Assembly: GCA_964016885.1 (NCBI GenBank)
Contig: OZ024740.1
Span: 157,232,001-157,296,000, forward strand
Direction of reading: 5' to 3'
Length of the DNA stretch: 64,000 bases
Source: Eledone cirrhosa
Taxonomy: Eukaryota
Shown: piece by piece, positions 26,171 through 38,545 of the stretch
How the letters are laid out: the number at the start of each line of letters is the position of its first letter
How positions within the stretch are numbered: the stretch's first letter is position 1
Translations under genes and position numbers: made by a program
The notes under the pieces: model-generated
Database searches by the model: none
Told to the model about the DNA's origin: nothing
Seen by the model: the letters and a program-made list of their open reading frames with translations, nothing else

Positions 26171-27710
26171 GAAGGTGCATAGCTTTGTGATTAGGGTAGT
26201 TGGGATCCCAATCGTAAGGTCGTGAGTTTGATTCTCGGCGGCGCGTTGTATCCTTGAGCATGATACTTTATTTCTCGTTTATCCAGTCCACTCAGCTGAC
26301 AAAAGTGAATTGTACCTGTAATTTGAAGGGCCAGCTTTGTCACATTCTAAATCTCCCTGAGAACTAGTTGAAATTGAATATCTGCTCTACTTAATCAAAA
26401 GCATCGTAGTTGTGGCTATATCGTTATTTTTAGTGAAAGTAGGGGAAAAGTAGAACTACATTATCATCTGTGCTCTGATCTTTTTTTGAGATGGCAAGGT
26501 GCCATTTGAGGCGGATTGGTTGGGTCTCATTAGATTTGATAATGAATTATGTTGAGTAGCTCTCGGTGAAATTATATAACCCAATAAATAAATGAAGAAT
26601 ATTTAGTAACACACAATACAGGCAAAACCAATCAGCAGGAGACCCAGGGGTGGAGACCGAACAAGATGGTTGGATAACATCCATAAGCTTGGCTGGTTTC
26701 GCTTGGGGATCCAGCCGAATCAGTTGGAGACGGTTGCTTCTGACAGGACCCGCTGGAGGGAGTGTTTGGGGATCATGATCCTCTAAGTGGCCGAAGAAGA
26801 AGAAAACAATGGAGAATATGCACTAACTTAATTCTAAATACAACAAAATAATTTTAGTCTTGCTCTAAAGTAACAACACCACGTGTTGGACCTTCGTCGG
26901 TTTTGACGATGAGTGTTCCAGTTGATGAGGTCAAGTAAACAGCCACTTCCTGATATTAACGTACAAGAGGCTAGTAATCCATAAATACGTAAACAGTTAG
27001 TGAATTCACAGGATTTGTCAAGCTACCCTCATTTAGAATTACAAGCAATACTTATTTTTCCAGCTGAGTGGACTGGAGCAACGTGAAATAAAAAGCCTTG
27101 TTCAAGGACTCACCAGAATCAATTTCATTACATTATGATCGTGATAGGAACATCCTAAACACTGGTGTCATGTGCCTTCGGAGCTACTCTGAAGATGGTG
27201 AGAATTAGCTAAATTGAACTAATAAGTCACGAATTTGAAGACTGACTTAGATTTATTCTATTGGTTGCAAAGTCATCATTGTTTGAAAAACTACGTATCT
27301 TACAATCTTTTCATCTAAATCTTTTCATCTAAACACTTCGAATAATATCGAAAAATTATAGCAATGTTGTTGAAAAATTAAACAGTTCAATATCTCCTTT
27401 AATAGAAAGTTTAGACGAAAAATATTTTATTAAAATTGATTTAATGATTTATAAGATACCATATATTTCCTTCTTTCAATTAATATATTTTAAACCATAA
27501 GGTACTTTAAACAATTTTACTAAGCTACATTAAAGCAATATATTTATTATTTGTTGTGCATATATATATATATATATATGTGTGTGTCTGTGTGCGTGTG
27601 TTTATGTGTGTGCACACACACATACATAAGCGAAATATATGAATTGCTTTAGTTTAACTTAGTTTATCTATGTATGTATATATATATATATGTGTGTGTG
27701 TGTTTGTGTG

Positions 27711-27747
<37 letters not shown>

Positions 27748-27757
27748 ACATATTTAT

Positions 27758-27793
<36 letters not shown>

Positions 27794-27800
27794 GTATATA

Positions 27801-27842
<42 letters not shown>

Positions 27843-27847
27843 GTATG

Positions 27848-27974
<127 letters not shown>

Positions 27975-28329
27975 CATATTATATTATATTATATATTATA
28001 TCATATTTTTCTAAAATAAAATCTGTTCCTAGGATAGATTTAATCAACTGCAAAAACATTGTCGTAATTCTATTCAATTCAAGGCGGAACAAATATACGC
28101 ATACATACATATATGTGTATTATTGACGGACATGAGAAAAAGTACTCAATACCGAAATAGAGTTTAAATATTTTCCTTGGATCATGTGATTTGGGTGGTT
28201 AATTAATCCAGCTCTCGAGAAAAAAATTTCCACAAACATTGCACTTCAATTCCTACTGGATTCCTACATCAATCTCCATACATACATACATACATACATA
28301 CATACATACATACATACATACATACATAC

Positions 28330-28900
28330 ATGAGACACGATGGGATAGCTAGAACCATCTGGAACGCACTTCGGAAAACAAAATTAACAACAAACGAGGA
28401 AGAATATATTGAGACAGATGGCACTAAGGAATACTGGTGGAACCTGAAAATAAAAACTGCCACCAAATTAAAGCACAACCGGCTTGATATTGTTGTTTGG
28501 GACCACACATTGAAAACGTGTTCTGTTGTGGAGATCAGCTGCCCACTTGATGTAAACGTTGTCAGAAAAATACAGGAGAAGGAGGACATCTACGGACCAT
28601 TGATGAGGAGTTTACAAATCCAGTATCCAAGATACACCTTTAGCTTCATACCCATCATTATTGGTGCTACGGGTTATATACCAACCCGCTTGGACCAAAG
28701 TATGACTGAACTTGGATTTGCGGACAAAAAGCGCAGCTCCCTAATTCATAGTCTACAAATGGCTGCGATAGCTGGCACCTTCAAAATTTGCAAAATATTC
28801 TTGCGATTCAAGGGATGACAATTTCTTTTCTTTTACAACCTTGCCACCAGGAAGGTGGCCGGTCAAAAAAATATACTCGAAATTAAGAGAAAGAGAAAAC
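28330..28900 (+). mobile_element. 5'-truncated R4/Dong-like element (RLE domain + 3' UTR)
   Basis: ORF 28330-28818 MRHDGIA...HNRLDIVVWD...EISCP...KEDIYGPL...IIIGATG is homologous to 41835-42368; (CATA)n on both sides. Confidence 0.88.
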
Positions 28901-29404
28901 ATACATACATACATGATGTCTGCAACTCGATTTCGAGTAATGCCATCGCTTGATATTTAAGCATGAGTATCACTGACGCTTTTTAGTCTTGCTAGGGACT
29001 TCCATATGGCCAGCAATAGCATGCATCGCAAAAAATGTCAGATATCAAGCAATTACTGTGCTTGAAGCTTTTTTAAGTGAGGAAAGGCTTTGTACGGGGC
29101 CAATCCCACTCTCTGAACATCGAATACATAAAAAGAATGCTCTAGATTATTAGATGCAAATGAAGTCACAGGTTTTATATCAGAGTGACCTTGTCGTAAT
29201 GAAGAGTAGGAGTCTCTCGCGCCACAATCTCCCCCAAAAAACACATGCATACATACATACATACATACATACATACATACATACATACATACATACATAC
29301 ATACATACATACATACATTTATCCATCCATCCATCCATACATACATACATACATACATACATACATCATACATGCATACATACATACATACATACATACA
29401 TACA

Positions 29405-29436
<32 letters not shown>

Positions 29437-29457
29437 CATACATACATACATACATAC

Positions 29458-30943
29458 ATGGTGGCTGCCAACTCGTTTACGAGTACGGCCACTACTTTAT
29501 ATCCATGTAGGAGAACCCCTACCGATGCGCTGAACGAGTGTGACTTTTTAGTCCAGCCAGCGACTTGAAAACTCTGGTACAAACACTAGACTTGTGACAA
29601 TTAGTGACACATAGTGCTGGGCCCATGGTACCATGTGATGACAAGTGCAGAGAGATATTAAGCAATGCCTGTGCCGTGAAGCTTTTATAGTGAGCAAAGG
29701 CAATGCCCAAAGCCAGTCCCACTCTCTTAACCAAGATGATATTTACCAAAAAGAAGAACAAGTCAACATCATTGGATACCATCAGGGTTGCAGGTGTTAT
29801 ATCAGAGTTTTCCTTCTCCTAGAATTCTGCCTTGACAAAGGCTAAGGGGTCATCTCTCATGCATACATACATACATACATACATACATACATACATACAT
29901 ACATACATACATACATACATGGTGGCTGCCAACTCGTTTTCGAGTACGGCCACTACTTTATATCCATGTAGGAGAACCCCTACCGATGCGCTGAACGAGT
30001 GTGACGTTTTAGTCCAGCCAGCGACTTGAAAACTCTGGTACAAACACTACACTTGTTACAATTATTGACACATAGTGCTTGGCCCATGGTACCATGTGAT
30101 GACAAGTGCAGAGAGATATTAAGCAATGCCTGTGCCGTGAAGCTTTTATAGTGAGCAAAGGCAATGCACAAAGCCAGTCCCACTCTCTTAACCAAGATGA
30201 TATTTACCAAAAAGAAGAACAAGTCAACATCATTGGATACCATCAGGGTTGCAGGTGTTATATCAGAGTTTTCCTTCTCCTAGAATTCTGCCTTGACAAA
30301 GGCTAAGGGGTCATCCCTCATACATACATACATACATACATACATACATACATACATACATACATACATACATGGTGGCTGCCAACTCGTTTTCGAGTAC
30401 GGCCTCTACTTTATATCCATGTAGGAGAACCCCTACCGATGCGCTGAACGAGTGTGACTTTTTAGTTCAGCCAGCGACTTGAAAACTCTGGTACAAACAC
30501 TACACCTGTGACAATTATTGACACATAGTGCTGGGCCCATGGTACCATGTGACGACAAGTGCAGTGAGATCTCCAGATATAAAGCAATGCCTGTGCCATG
30601 AAGCTTTTATAGTGAGCAAAGGCACTGCACAAAGCCAGTCCCACTCTTAACCAAGATGATATTTACCAAAAAGAAGAACAAGTCAACATCATTGGATACC
30701 ATCAGGGTTGCAGGTATTATATCAGAGTTTACCTTCTCCTAAAATTCTGCCTTGACAAAGGCTAAGGGTCATCTCTCCCGCTGATTTTGGATGGCCATTG
30801 ACTCTTAAGAGCTCCTTTGCCCTTTGAAAGGTTTTGTTTTTAGTCCTGCAGGATGTCCAAAGTCACCCTCCTCACCAAGAAACCTTGGTGGGGTTGCCAG
30901 TTTAGTCGCCAACGACCCGACCATGAGACAGGTTGTACTGGGA
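29458..30943 (-). mobile_element. Three tandem bipartite non-autonomous RTE derivatives separated by (ATGT)n
   Basis: Units ~29458-29858, ~29919-30318, ~30372-30943. Each joins an RTE 5' motif (ctaggagaaggaaaactctga) to a C2H2 end (CSVCTRVFKSLAGLKRHTRSAH*). Relatives at ~28913-29245, ~58055-58265 and ~58340-58710. Confidence 0.75.
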
Positions 30944-31674
30944 TACATACATACATACATACATACATACATACATACATACATACATACATACATACAT
31001 ACATACATACATACATACATACATACATACATACATACATACATGTTCACCTATTTGATGTCTAAATTCTAATGAAAGAATCTTGTTTTTCGGCTGGAGG
31101 CCGATGTATGTGAGATATTTTTAAAAAATTCAAACCTTACATATTTCTTATACAAATCAAGTATCAGTAAATCGTACGATGACATTTATTTAATGCATAA
31201 TGCATATGCGATTAATCAATGCATAATGGCTTTATTTACTTAAACTATACATAAAGAGTTGTCTATTTAATGTACATTATCACTTCGACATAGGACATGA
31301 GCTTAAGTTGCATCTAACTATAAAACAGAAGATAGATTGAATTAGCTATATAACTCTGTCCCAAAATATTTGACCTTGTGCCAGAAACTACTGGGTGTCT
31401 TATTAGTAAATAGAATTTATACTTTGTTCGACTGACACTCAATTTTTAATTTCCGTTAGTTTCAGCTATAACTTTCCTCCCATGCAGTACATGAAGATAT
31501 TTGAAAACAGATCTCTTAGATCGCTCTGTAAAGAGCTCCACATCAGGACATAATTAAACGGTTTTAGTAACATTAAGTTTCTCTATAACAAGAGCTAGTT
31601 CGATAAATATTAGCAATGTACTGTGGACAGGTCAACCACTTATTGATTTCATTATTACTGCGGTGAATTATTAG

Positions 31675-33165
31675 GGCGGTGAATTGGCAGTCTCGGCAGA
31701 GGGCTGGACGCCATGCTTTCTAGCATAGTTATGTCCCATTACGGTCTGAGTTCAAATCCCGTCGAAGTTAACTTTGCCTTTCATCCTTACGGGGTCGATA
31801 AAATAAAGTACCAGTAATGTACTGGATAATTGCTGGCCTTGTGCCAAAAGTAGAAACAATTATTACTGCATTAGGGAGGGGTACTCTCGGTATCGTTAGA
31901 TCGTCGGATAAAAGGCTATGTGGCATAGAGTTACGGCCCTTTATGTTCTGAGTTCAAATTCCACCGAGGTTAGCTTTGCCTTTCATCCTTATGGAGTCGA
32001 TAAAATAATGTACCAGTAATACACTGGGGTCGATTTAATCGACTTCTCCCCCCCCCACCACCACCACCACCAAAACCAAAGTTGCTGACCTTGTGCCTAA
32101 TGTACAAAGTATTATTATCCATGATTATGAGGGCAGTAGATTGGTAGAGTCGTTAGAGTGTCAGAGAAATTTTTAACTGTATTTCTTCTGGCTCTTTACA
32201 TTCTGAGTTCAAATCCCAACGAGCTCAACTTTTCCTTCCATCCTTCCGAGGTCAATGAAATAAAGTACTGGTCAAGTACTGAGGTTGATGTAATCAACTT
32301 TCCTCTCCTCGAAATTTCTGGCCTTGTGCCTAAATTGGAAATCATTATTATATGTCATTATTGTTGTCTGAGTTCAAATCCCGCCGAGGTTGACTTTGCC
32401 TTTCATCCTTACGGGGTCGATAAAATAAAGTACCAGTAATGAACTGGTGAATTGCTGGCCTTGTGCCTAAAGTAGAAACAATTATTGTTGTCTTTAGAGA
32501 AAACTGGCCAAATTTACCTTTATTTGCACTGGGGTCGATTTAACCGACTTTTCCCTCCGCCCGCCCCGCCTCCATTTCTGGCCTTGAGCCTAAAGTAGAA
32601 ATCAATATTAACCACTTAATCAGAGCAATTATAGGTATGAAGAACATTACGGCTCTTTACGTTCTGAGTTCAAATCCTGCCGAGATTAACTTTGCCTTTC
32701 ACTCTTGCGGGGTCGATAAAATAAAGCACCAGTAATGAAGTGGGATCGATTTAATCGACTTTCCCCTCCCCCAAAATTGCTGTCCTTGTGCCTAAATGGG
32801 AAATCATTATTAATCAGAAATCATTATCGACCCCGAAAGGATGAGAGGCTAACTTTCCCTTTCATCATTACGGGGTCGATAAAATAAAGTACCAGTAATG
32901 CACTGAGATAATTGCTGGCCTTGTGCCAAAAGTAGAAACAATTATTAATGCAAGTTAGGTCGGGGGAGTCTCAGTGTCGTTGGATCGTCGGATAAAATGT
33001 GTTGTAGCATAGGTATGGTTCTTTACATTGTGAGTTCAAATCCTACCGAGGTCAACTTTGTCTTTCATCCTTTCGGGATCGATAAAATAATGTACCAATC
33101 ACGTACTGGAATAAGTATAATCGACTCCCAACCCATCCGCAAAATGGTGGCTTTGGAGCTAAATT
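31675..33165 (+). repeat. Head-to-tail array of about 8 full or partial tRNA-derived SINE copies (Nin-domain-like core)
   Basis: Repeated ctgagttcaaatcccgccgaggttaactttgcctttcatccttacggggtcgataaaataaagtaccag...gccttgtgcc. Dispersed copies near 2475, 4840, 6330-6650, 22400, 59910, 60450, 60790, 61135, 61310, 61880, 62340, 62930. Confidence 0.88.
32491..32526 (+). pseudogene. Decayed duplicate of the start of the GPCR TM6 exon
   Basis: tctttagag-aaaactggccaaatttac-ctttatttg versus the real tctttacag-aaagctggccaaatttac[ggtgatgctggtac]ctttatttg: a 14-nt deletion and acceptor CAG>GAG. The upstream SINE and flanks (32111-32369) also match 61290-61550. Confidence 0.75.
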
Positions 33166-33252
33166 AGACATCATCATCCTCGTCCTGTAAGTTTACATTT
33201 GCATTTATGAACAACTTAACACATACGTACACACACACGGGTGCACACGCTA

Positions 33253-33290
<38 letters not shown>

Positions 33291-33310
33291 GTAAAAAAAA
33301 AAAAAAAATT

Positions 33311-33742
<432 letters not shown>

Positions 33743-34090
33743 AAAAAAAAAATATATATATATATATATTTAAAAGAATAGAGGTGTAACACACAAGTTA
33801 TGATATATTGGTAAACGGAAAAGAAAATGCTGACAAATTGTTCACAGTGAAAAATAGTTTAATTAGCAATAAGTGAGAATTAGTAATAGTATTGGTTAGT
33901 ATTCAGTTTTGGTTTTAAGTTTTACCGGTTGCGCATTTCTAATGCTTTTCAAAAATAATTTTGAGATAGAGCGTCCGTGATGTTTGCTCTAATTAGAGCA
34001 AACATCACGGACGCTCTATCTCAAAATTATTTTGCTAATTAAACTATTTTTCACTGTGAACAATTTGTCAGCATTTTCTTTTCCGTTTAC

Positions 34091-34167
<77 letters not shown>

Positions 34168-34339
34168 TGTATATATGTAGTGTATTTTGCAATACACTGT
34201 ATACTTAATTAAAAGCATTTTGAAGACCTTACGCTATTGTTTTAAAGTAGTGACTATGTCACTTACTTCTTTTTTCAACAAACAAAGGGAGATAAGCTGA
34301 CAGATGTCTGTTTCATACTGTTGGTATTAGCTCTCCCCT

Positions 34340-34424
<85 letters not shown>

Positions 34425-34746
34425 GTTTATATACTAGTGGTAACGAGTGAAGGACCACTGAATGCCGGTTGTGTCGTTAACATTCTGACACTCAAGGTAA
34501 CTGGCGGTTTAAAAAATATACTAACAGTAATATATAAATATATATATATATATATAACGAAGGAAATTTGGTAAGGAACCAGGTGGACCATAACGCACCA
34601 AAGTACTCAATACTTAGGGTAGTAGAGTGGGTAATAGGAACGAGTAGGACCCCGACGGCTCAAGCTCAAGCCGTTTCGACGGCTAATTCTAGTCCAGAAT
34701 TAGCCGTTGAAATGGCTTGAGCTCAGCCGTCGGGGTCCTACTCGTT

Positions 34747-34851
<105 letters not shown>

Positions 34852-35288
34852 GCAGTGAAATTTCGTTATAGTGTGTGTGTTTAAATATAATAGTATGTTT
34901 TCATTTAAGCAAAGGCTGCTACAAAGCACATCAACTTACATATAGTTGAAAAAATCCCTTTGGGAGGGAAAAAAGATAACATCACTCCTGCGTGTAGAGG
35001 TACATGGTCTTTCGGATAATGGCAATGGTGTTGTTCGTTTCCCGAAGGTGATTTTGATCATTTTGTTCTTAATCATCTTAATGTGGTCCACTATATTACA
35101 GCTATTATGCGTTGTAGAAACCTATGCAAAAAGCAAAGCATTCAGTTAAATCTCAATGACATTACAATGCGTGTAAAGCAAATTTTCTTTTCTGAACAGA
35201 ACATAGACAGTAACTTCGACCTTTCAGCTCAGTTGCATCATCTAGCAATCAGATTTTGCTGAAACTTCAAAGTATTTACCGCTGCGTA

Positions 35289-35333
<45 letters not shown>

Positions 35334-36161
35334 GTGGCCTACTTGTTCAGGTGTAGGGCTCACGATCATAAGTTCGTGGGTTGCATTATATATATAACGA
35401 AGGAGTTGTGGTAAGGAACTAGATGGACCATAACGCACCAGAGTACTCAATACTTAGGGTAGTAGAGTGGGTAATAGGAAAATGTATGACCCCGATGGCA
35501 GAGCTCAAGCCGTTTCGACGGCTATTTGTGGACGTGGTGAGTCCAGAAATAGCCGTCGAAACGGCTTGAGCTCTGCCGTCGGGGTCATACATTTTTCTAT
35601 ATATATATAGCAAGAGTCACCCCCCCCCCCTGCATATTAACTCTCTAAAAAGGGAAATCATATCAAACCACAGTCCACCATTTGCCTCCTTCACGGAACC
35701 ATGGTTCAACTAAACACTCTTGCGATATTAATACATTTTGAACTGCTTGTAAATAACATTAACTTTTCTTCCACATTGACTTTTTACGTTCCACAATATG
35801 CACGTTTTTTTTTCCTTTTTCTTTTTTCTTTTTTCTTTTCACTTCTTAAACCTTGTTTGTATATAACATTATTCTTTCTGCACCTTCTGTTTAACATGTG
35901 CGACACCACACTAATACATTTCACTATCATTTGATAATGCATATAGATGCAGAAACCGGTAATAGACAATAATTAAATATATAAATAGATAAATAAATGC
36001 CATTGTTAAATAATAAATAAATCAACTAATACCTTAACACTTCACACAAAGTAAAACATTTCGTTTTAATCATTTTCTAACCCAGAAAAACGAGAGAGAG
36101 AGACACAAAAAAAAGGAAAAAAATATATTTTTCTTCCTCATAATCGTCTCTTTCTCCCTGT

Positions 36162-36221
<60 letters not shown>

Positions 36222-36475
36222 CAGAGTTCTGTAGCTTGCTTGAAGCATTGTTTAATAGGAAACACAAATTTAAATTTTGAAGACCAACACAATGCGTATG
36301 GAGAATGTTAAATTGCTAAGATAAAAGAATCTTACCTTAGTAAATTTAACGATCCCAAATATTTTCGGGTTTAAAAACCCATTATCAATGGAGTAATCCT
36401 ATAAGAGACGTAAAATCGATCTTCTCCCATGCAAACAAGTCTATCCGATCGATATTACATCTCTCATAGGGTCAC

Positions 36476-36515
36476 TCCCTTGATAATGAGTTTTTAAACC
36501 CGAAAATATTTGGGA
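36476..36515 (+). ncRNA. Type I hammerhead, U3:A8 variant; inverted copy at 36353-36392
   Basis: tccc-TTGATAA-tg(a/g)gtttttaaaccc-GAAA-ATAT-TT-ggga. Confidence 0.72.
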
Positions 36516-36749
36516 TCGTTAAATTTACTAAGGTAAGATTCTGTTGTTATCTTGGCAATTTAACATTCTTCATACGCATTGTGCTGGTCTTCAAAATTTT
36601 AATTTGTGTTTCGTATATATATATATGTGTGTGTGTGTAGGAAAAAAAGATGAAATCGAAAATACAACTGGAGTCTTTTTTTTTTAAGTATATTTATTTG
36701 GTTCCTTTACCGTTTTCGCAGTTCTTGTACTTTTCAAAAGTAGATTATA

Positions 36750-36792
<43 letters not shown>

Positions 36793-36879
36793 ATGTATAT
36801 ATGTGTGTGTGTGTATATGTGTGTGTGTATATATATATATATATATGCATATATATATAAATGTATGTATGTATATATA

Positions 36880-36931
<52 letters not shown>

Positions 36932-37532
36932 GAAATCTGAGTTTTTCGAATATTAATAATAATATTCGATTCGTTTACAATTATGCAAAGAAGCCTCATT
37001 TTTAAAGCCATGTCAGTAGAATGAGCCCCTCATTCTTGCTCTTGTATTGGCATGTAAACAGAACAGCAGACACTAATGTTTCTATGTATCACCCTTCATC
37101 AGCACAGTTCACTGTTCACCTGCCAACTGCCAGAGCTAGTGAAAATATATGATATTTTCTAAAATATGCAGTGACTGATCGGCCTGATTTGCATATTAGC
37201 AAACTGGCTGATCAATCAGATCTGCATATTAGCAGATCCACTGACCAGCAGCCTGGCCAGTCAGTTTCCTCTATACGAGCGATTTGAATATGGCTTTGCC
37301 ATATTCAAATAAAAAATAAAAGAAATGTTTGCTCTACGTGGCTGAATACATTAAATGTAATCTGAGTTTTTCGAATATTAATAATAATATTCGCACAGTG
37401 GATCTGCTAATATGCAGATCTGACTGATCAGCCAGTCTGCTAATATGCAAATCAGACCGATCAGTCACTGTATATTTGAGAAAATATTATATATATATTC
37501 ACTAGCTCTGATAGTTGGCAAGTGAACAGTGA

Positions 37533-37578
37533 ACTGTACTGATGAAGGGTTATACCCAGAAACATTAGTGTCTGCAGT
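37533..37578 (+). ncRNA. Type I hammerhead ribozyme; inverted copy at ~37063-37108
   Basis: actgta-CTGATGA-agggttataccca-GAAACA-TTAG-TGTC-tgcagt. Confidence 0.85.
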
Positions 37579-37752
37579 TGTCTTTACATGCCAAATGTAA
37601 AGAATGAGGGTCTCATTCTATTGACATGGCTTTAAAAATGAGGCTTCTTTGCATAGTTGCAAACAAATCGAATATTATTATTAATATTCGAAAAACTCAG
37701 ATTACATTTATTGTATTCAGCCATGTAGAGCGAAAGTTTTTTTTTTAATTAT

Positions 37753-37784
<32 letters not shown>

Positions 37785-38157
37785 TATATTGTTATACTTG
37801 GGGAGGGTCATATTTGTGTAATATTGCCAGAATTAATAACAGAACACACTCACTGTTTGGTTGGTTTTCGCTTCTCGCTTCTGTGTCTTTTATATCGGTA
37901 ATCTAACTTACTCGGTCCTCAATGTTGCCATTGACTGACCGACGGTCAAAAATAATACAGATACAATATAGACACAAACACATATATATAGTTTATCATA
38001 AATCTTTCGTTGCACATCTGCAACATCGTCAGTGGTGTTATATTATCCTCCTGTTGTATTGTATGTCTACGCCATTTTTATTCAGTCTGTCTATATATTT
38101 ATTTATTTATTTGCTTGTTTGTTTATTTTATTTTGTCTTCTTTGCGCATGCGTTTGC

Positions 38158-38198
<41 letters not shown>

Positions 38199-38232
38199 TG
38201 AGAAAAACCACAGACCCTCCATCTCAACTCTA

Positions 38233-38268
38233 CTTTTGAAAAGCAGAAGAACTGCGAAACCGGTAAAG
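38233..38268 (+). ncRNA. Minimal type I hammerhead, U3:A8 variant; inverted copy at ~36703-36740
   Basis: ctt-TTGAAAA-gcag(aagaa)ctgc-GAAAC-CG-GTA-aag. A similar architecture with GAAA>GCAA lies at 33920-33955 (-). Confidence 0.78.
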
Positions 38269-38456
38269 GAACCAAATAAATATATATATTTTTTTTTTAA
38301 TAAGACTCCAGTTGCATTTTCGATTTCATCTTTTTTTCTTTATACTTTCACTCGTGTAGGACACCTCGGTTATTTTTCATTTTGTAAAAAAAACCTCACT
38401 TTCTAATTTATATATATATATATACATGTATGTATGTATGTATGTATATATATATG

Positions 38457-38544
<88 letters not shown>

Positions 38545-38545
<1 letters not shown>

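Noticed and set aside
30860-30943. Possible HDV-like or twister ribozyme at the 5' end of the RTE derivative (ccagt...gtcgttggcgac-taa-actgg on the minus strand)
   Set aside because: Some helices fit, but I could not build a complete pseudoknot by eye; needs an Infernal search.
29458-30943. Repeat-spacer pattern resembling a CRISPR array
   Set aside because: The units are ~400-bp near-identical retroelement derivatives separated by microsatellite, in eukaryotic context with no cas genes.
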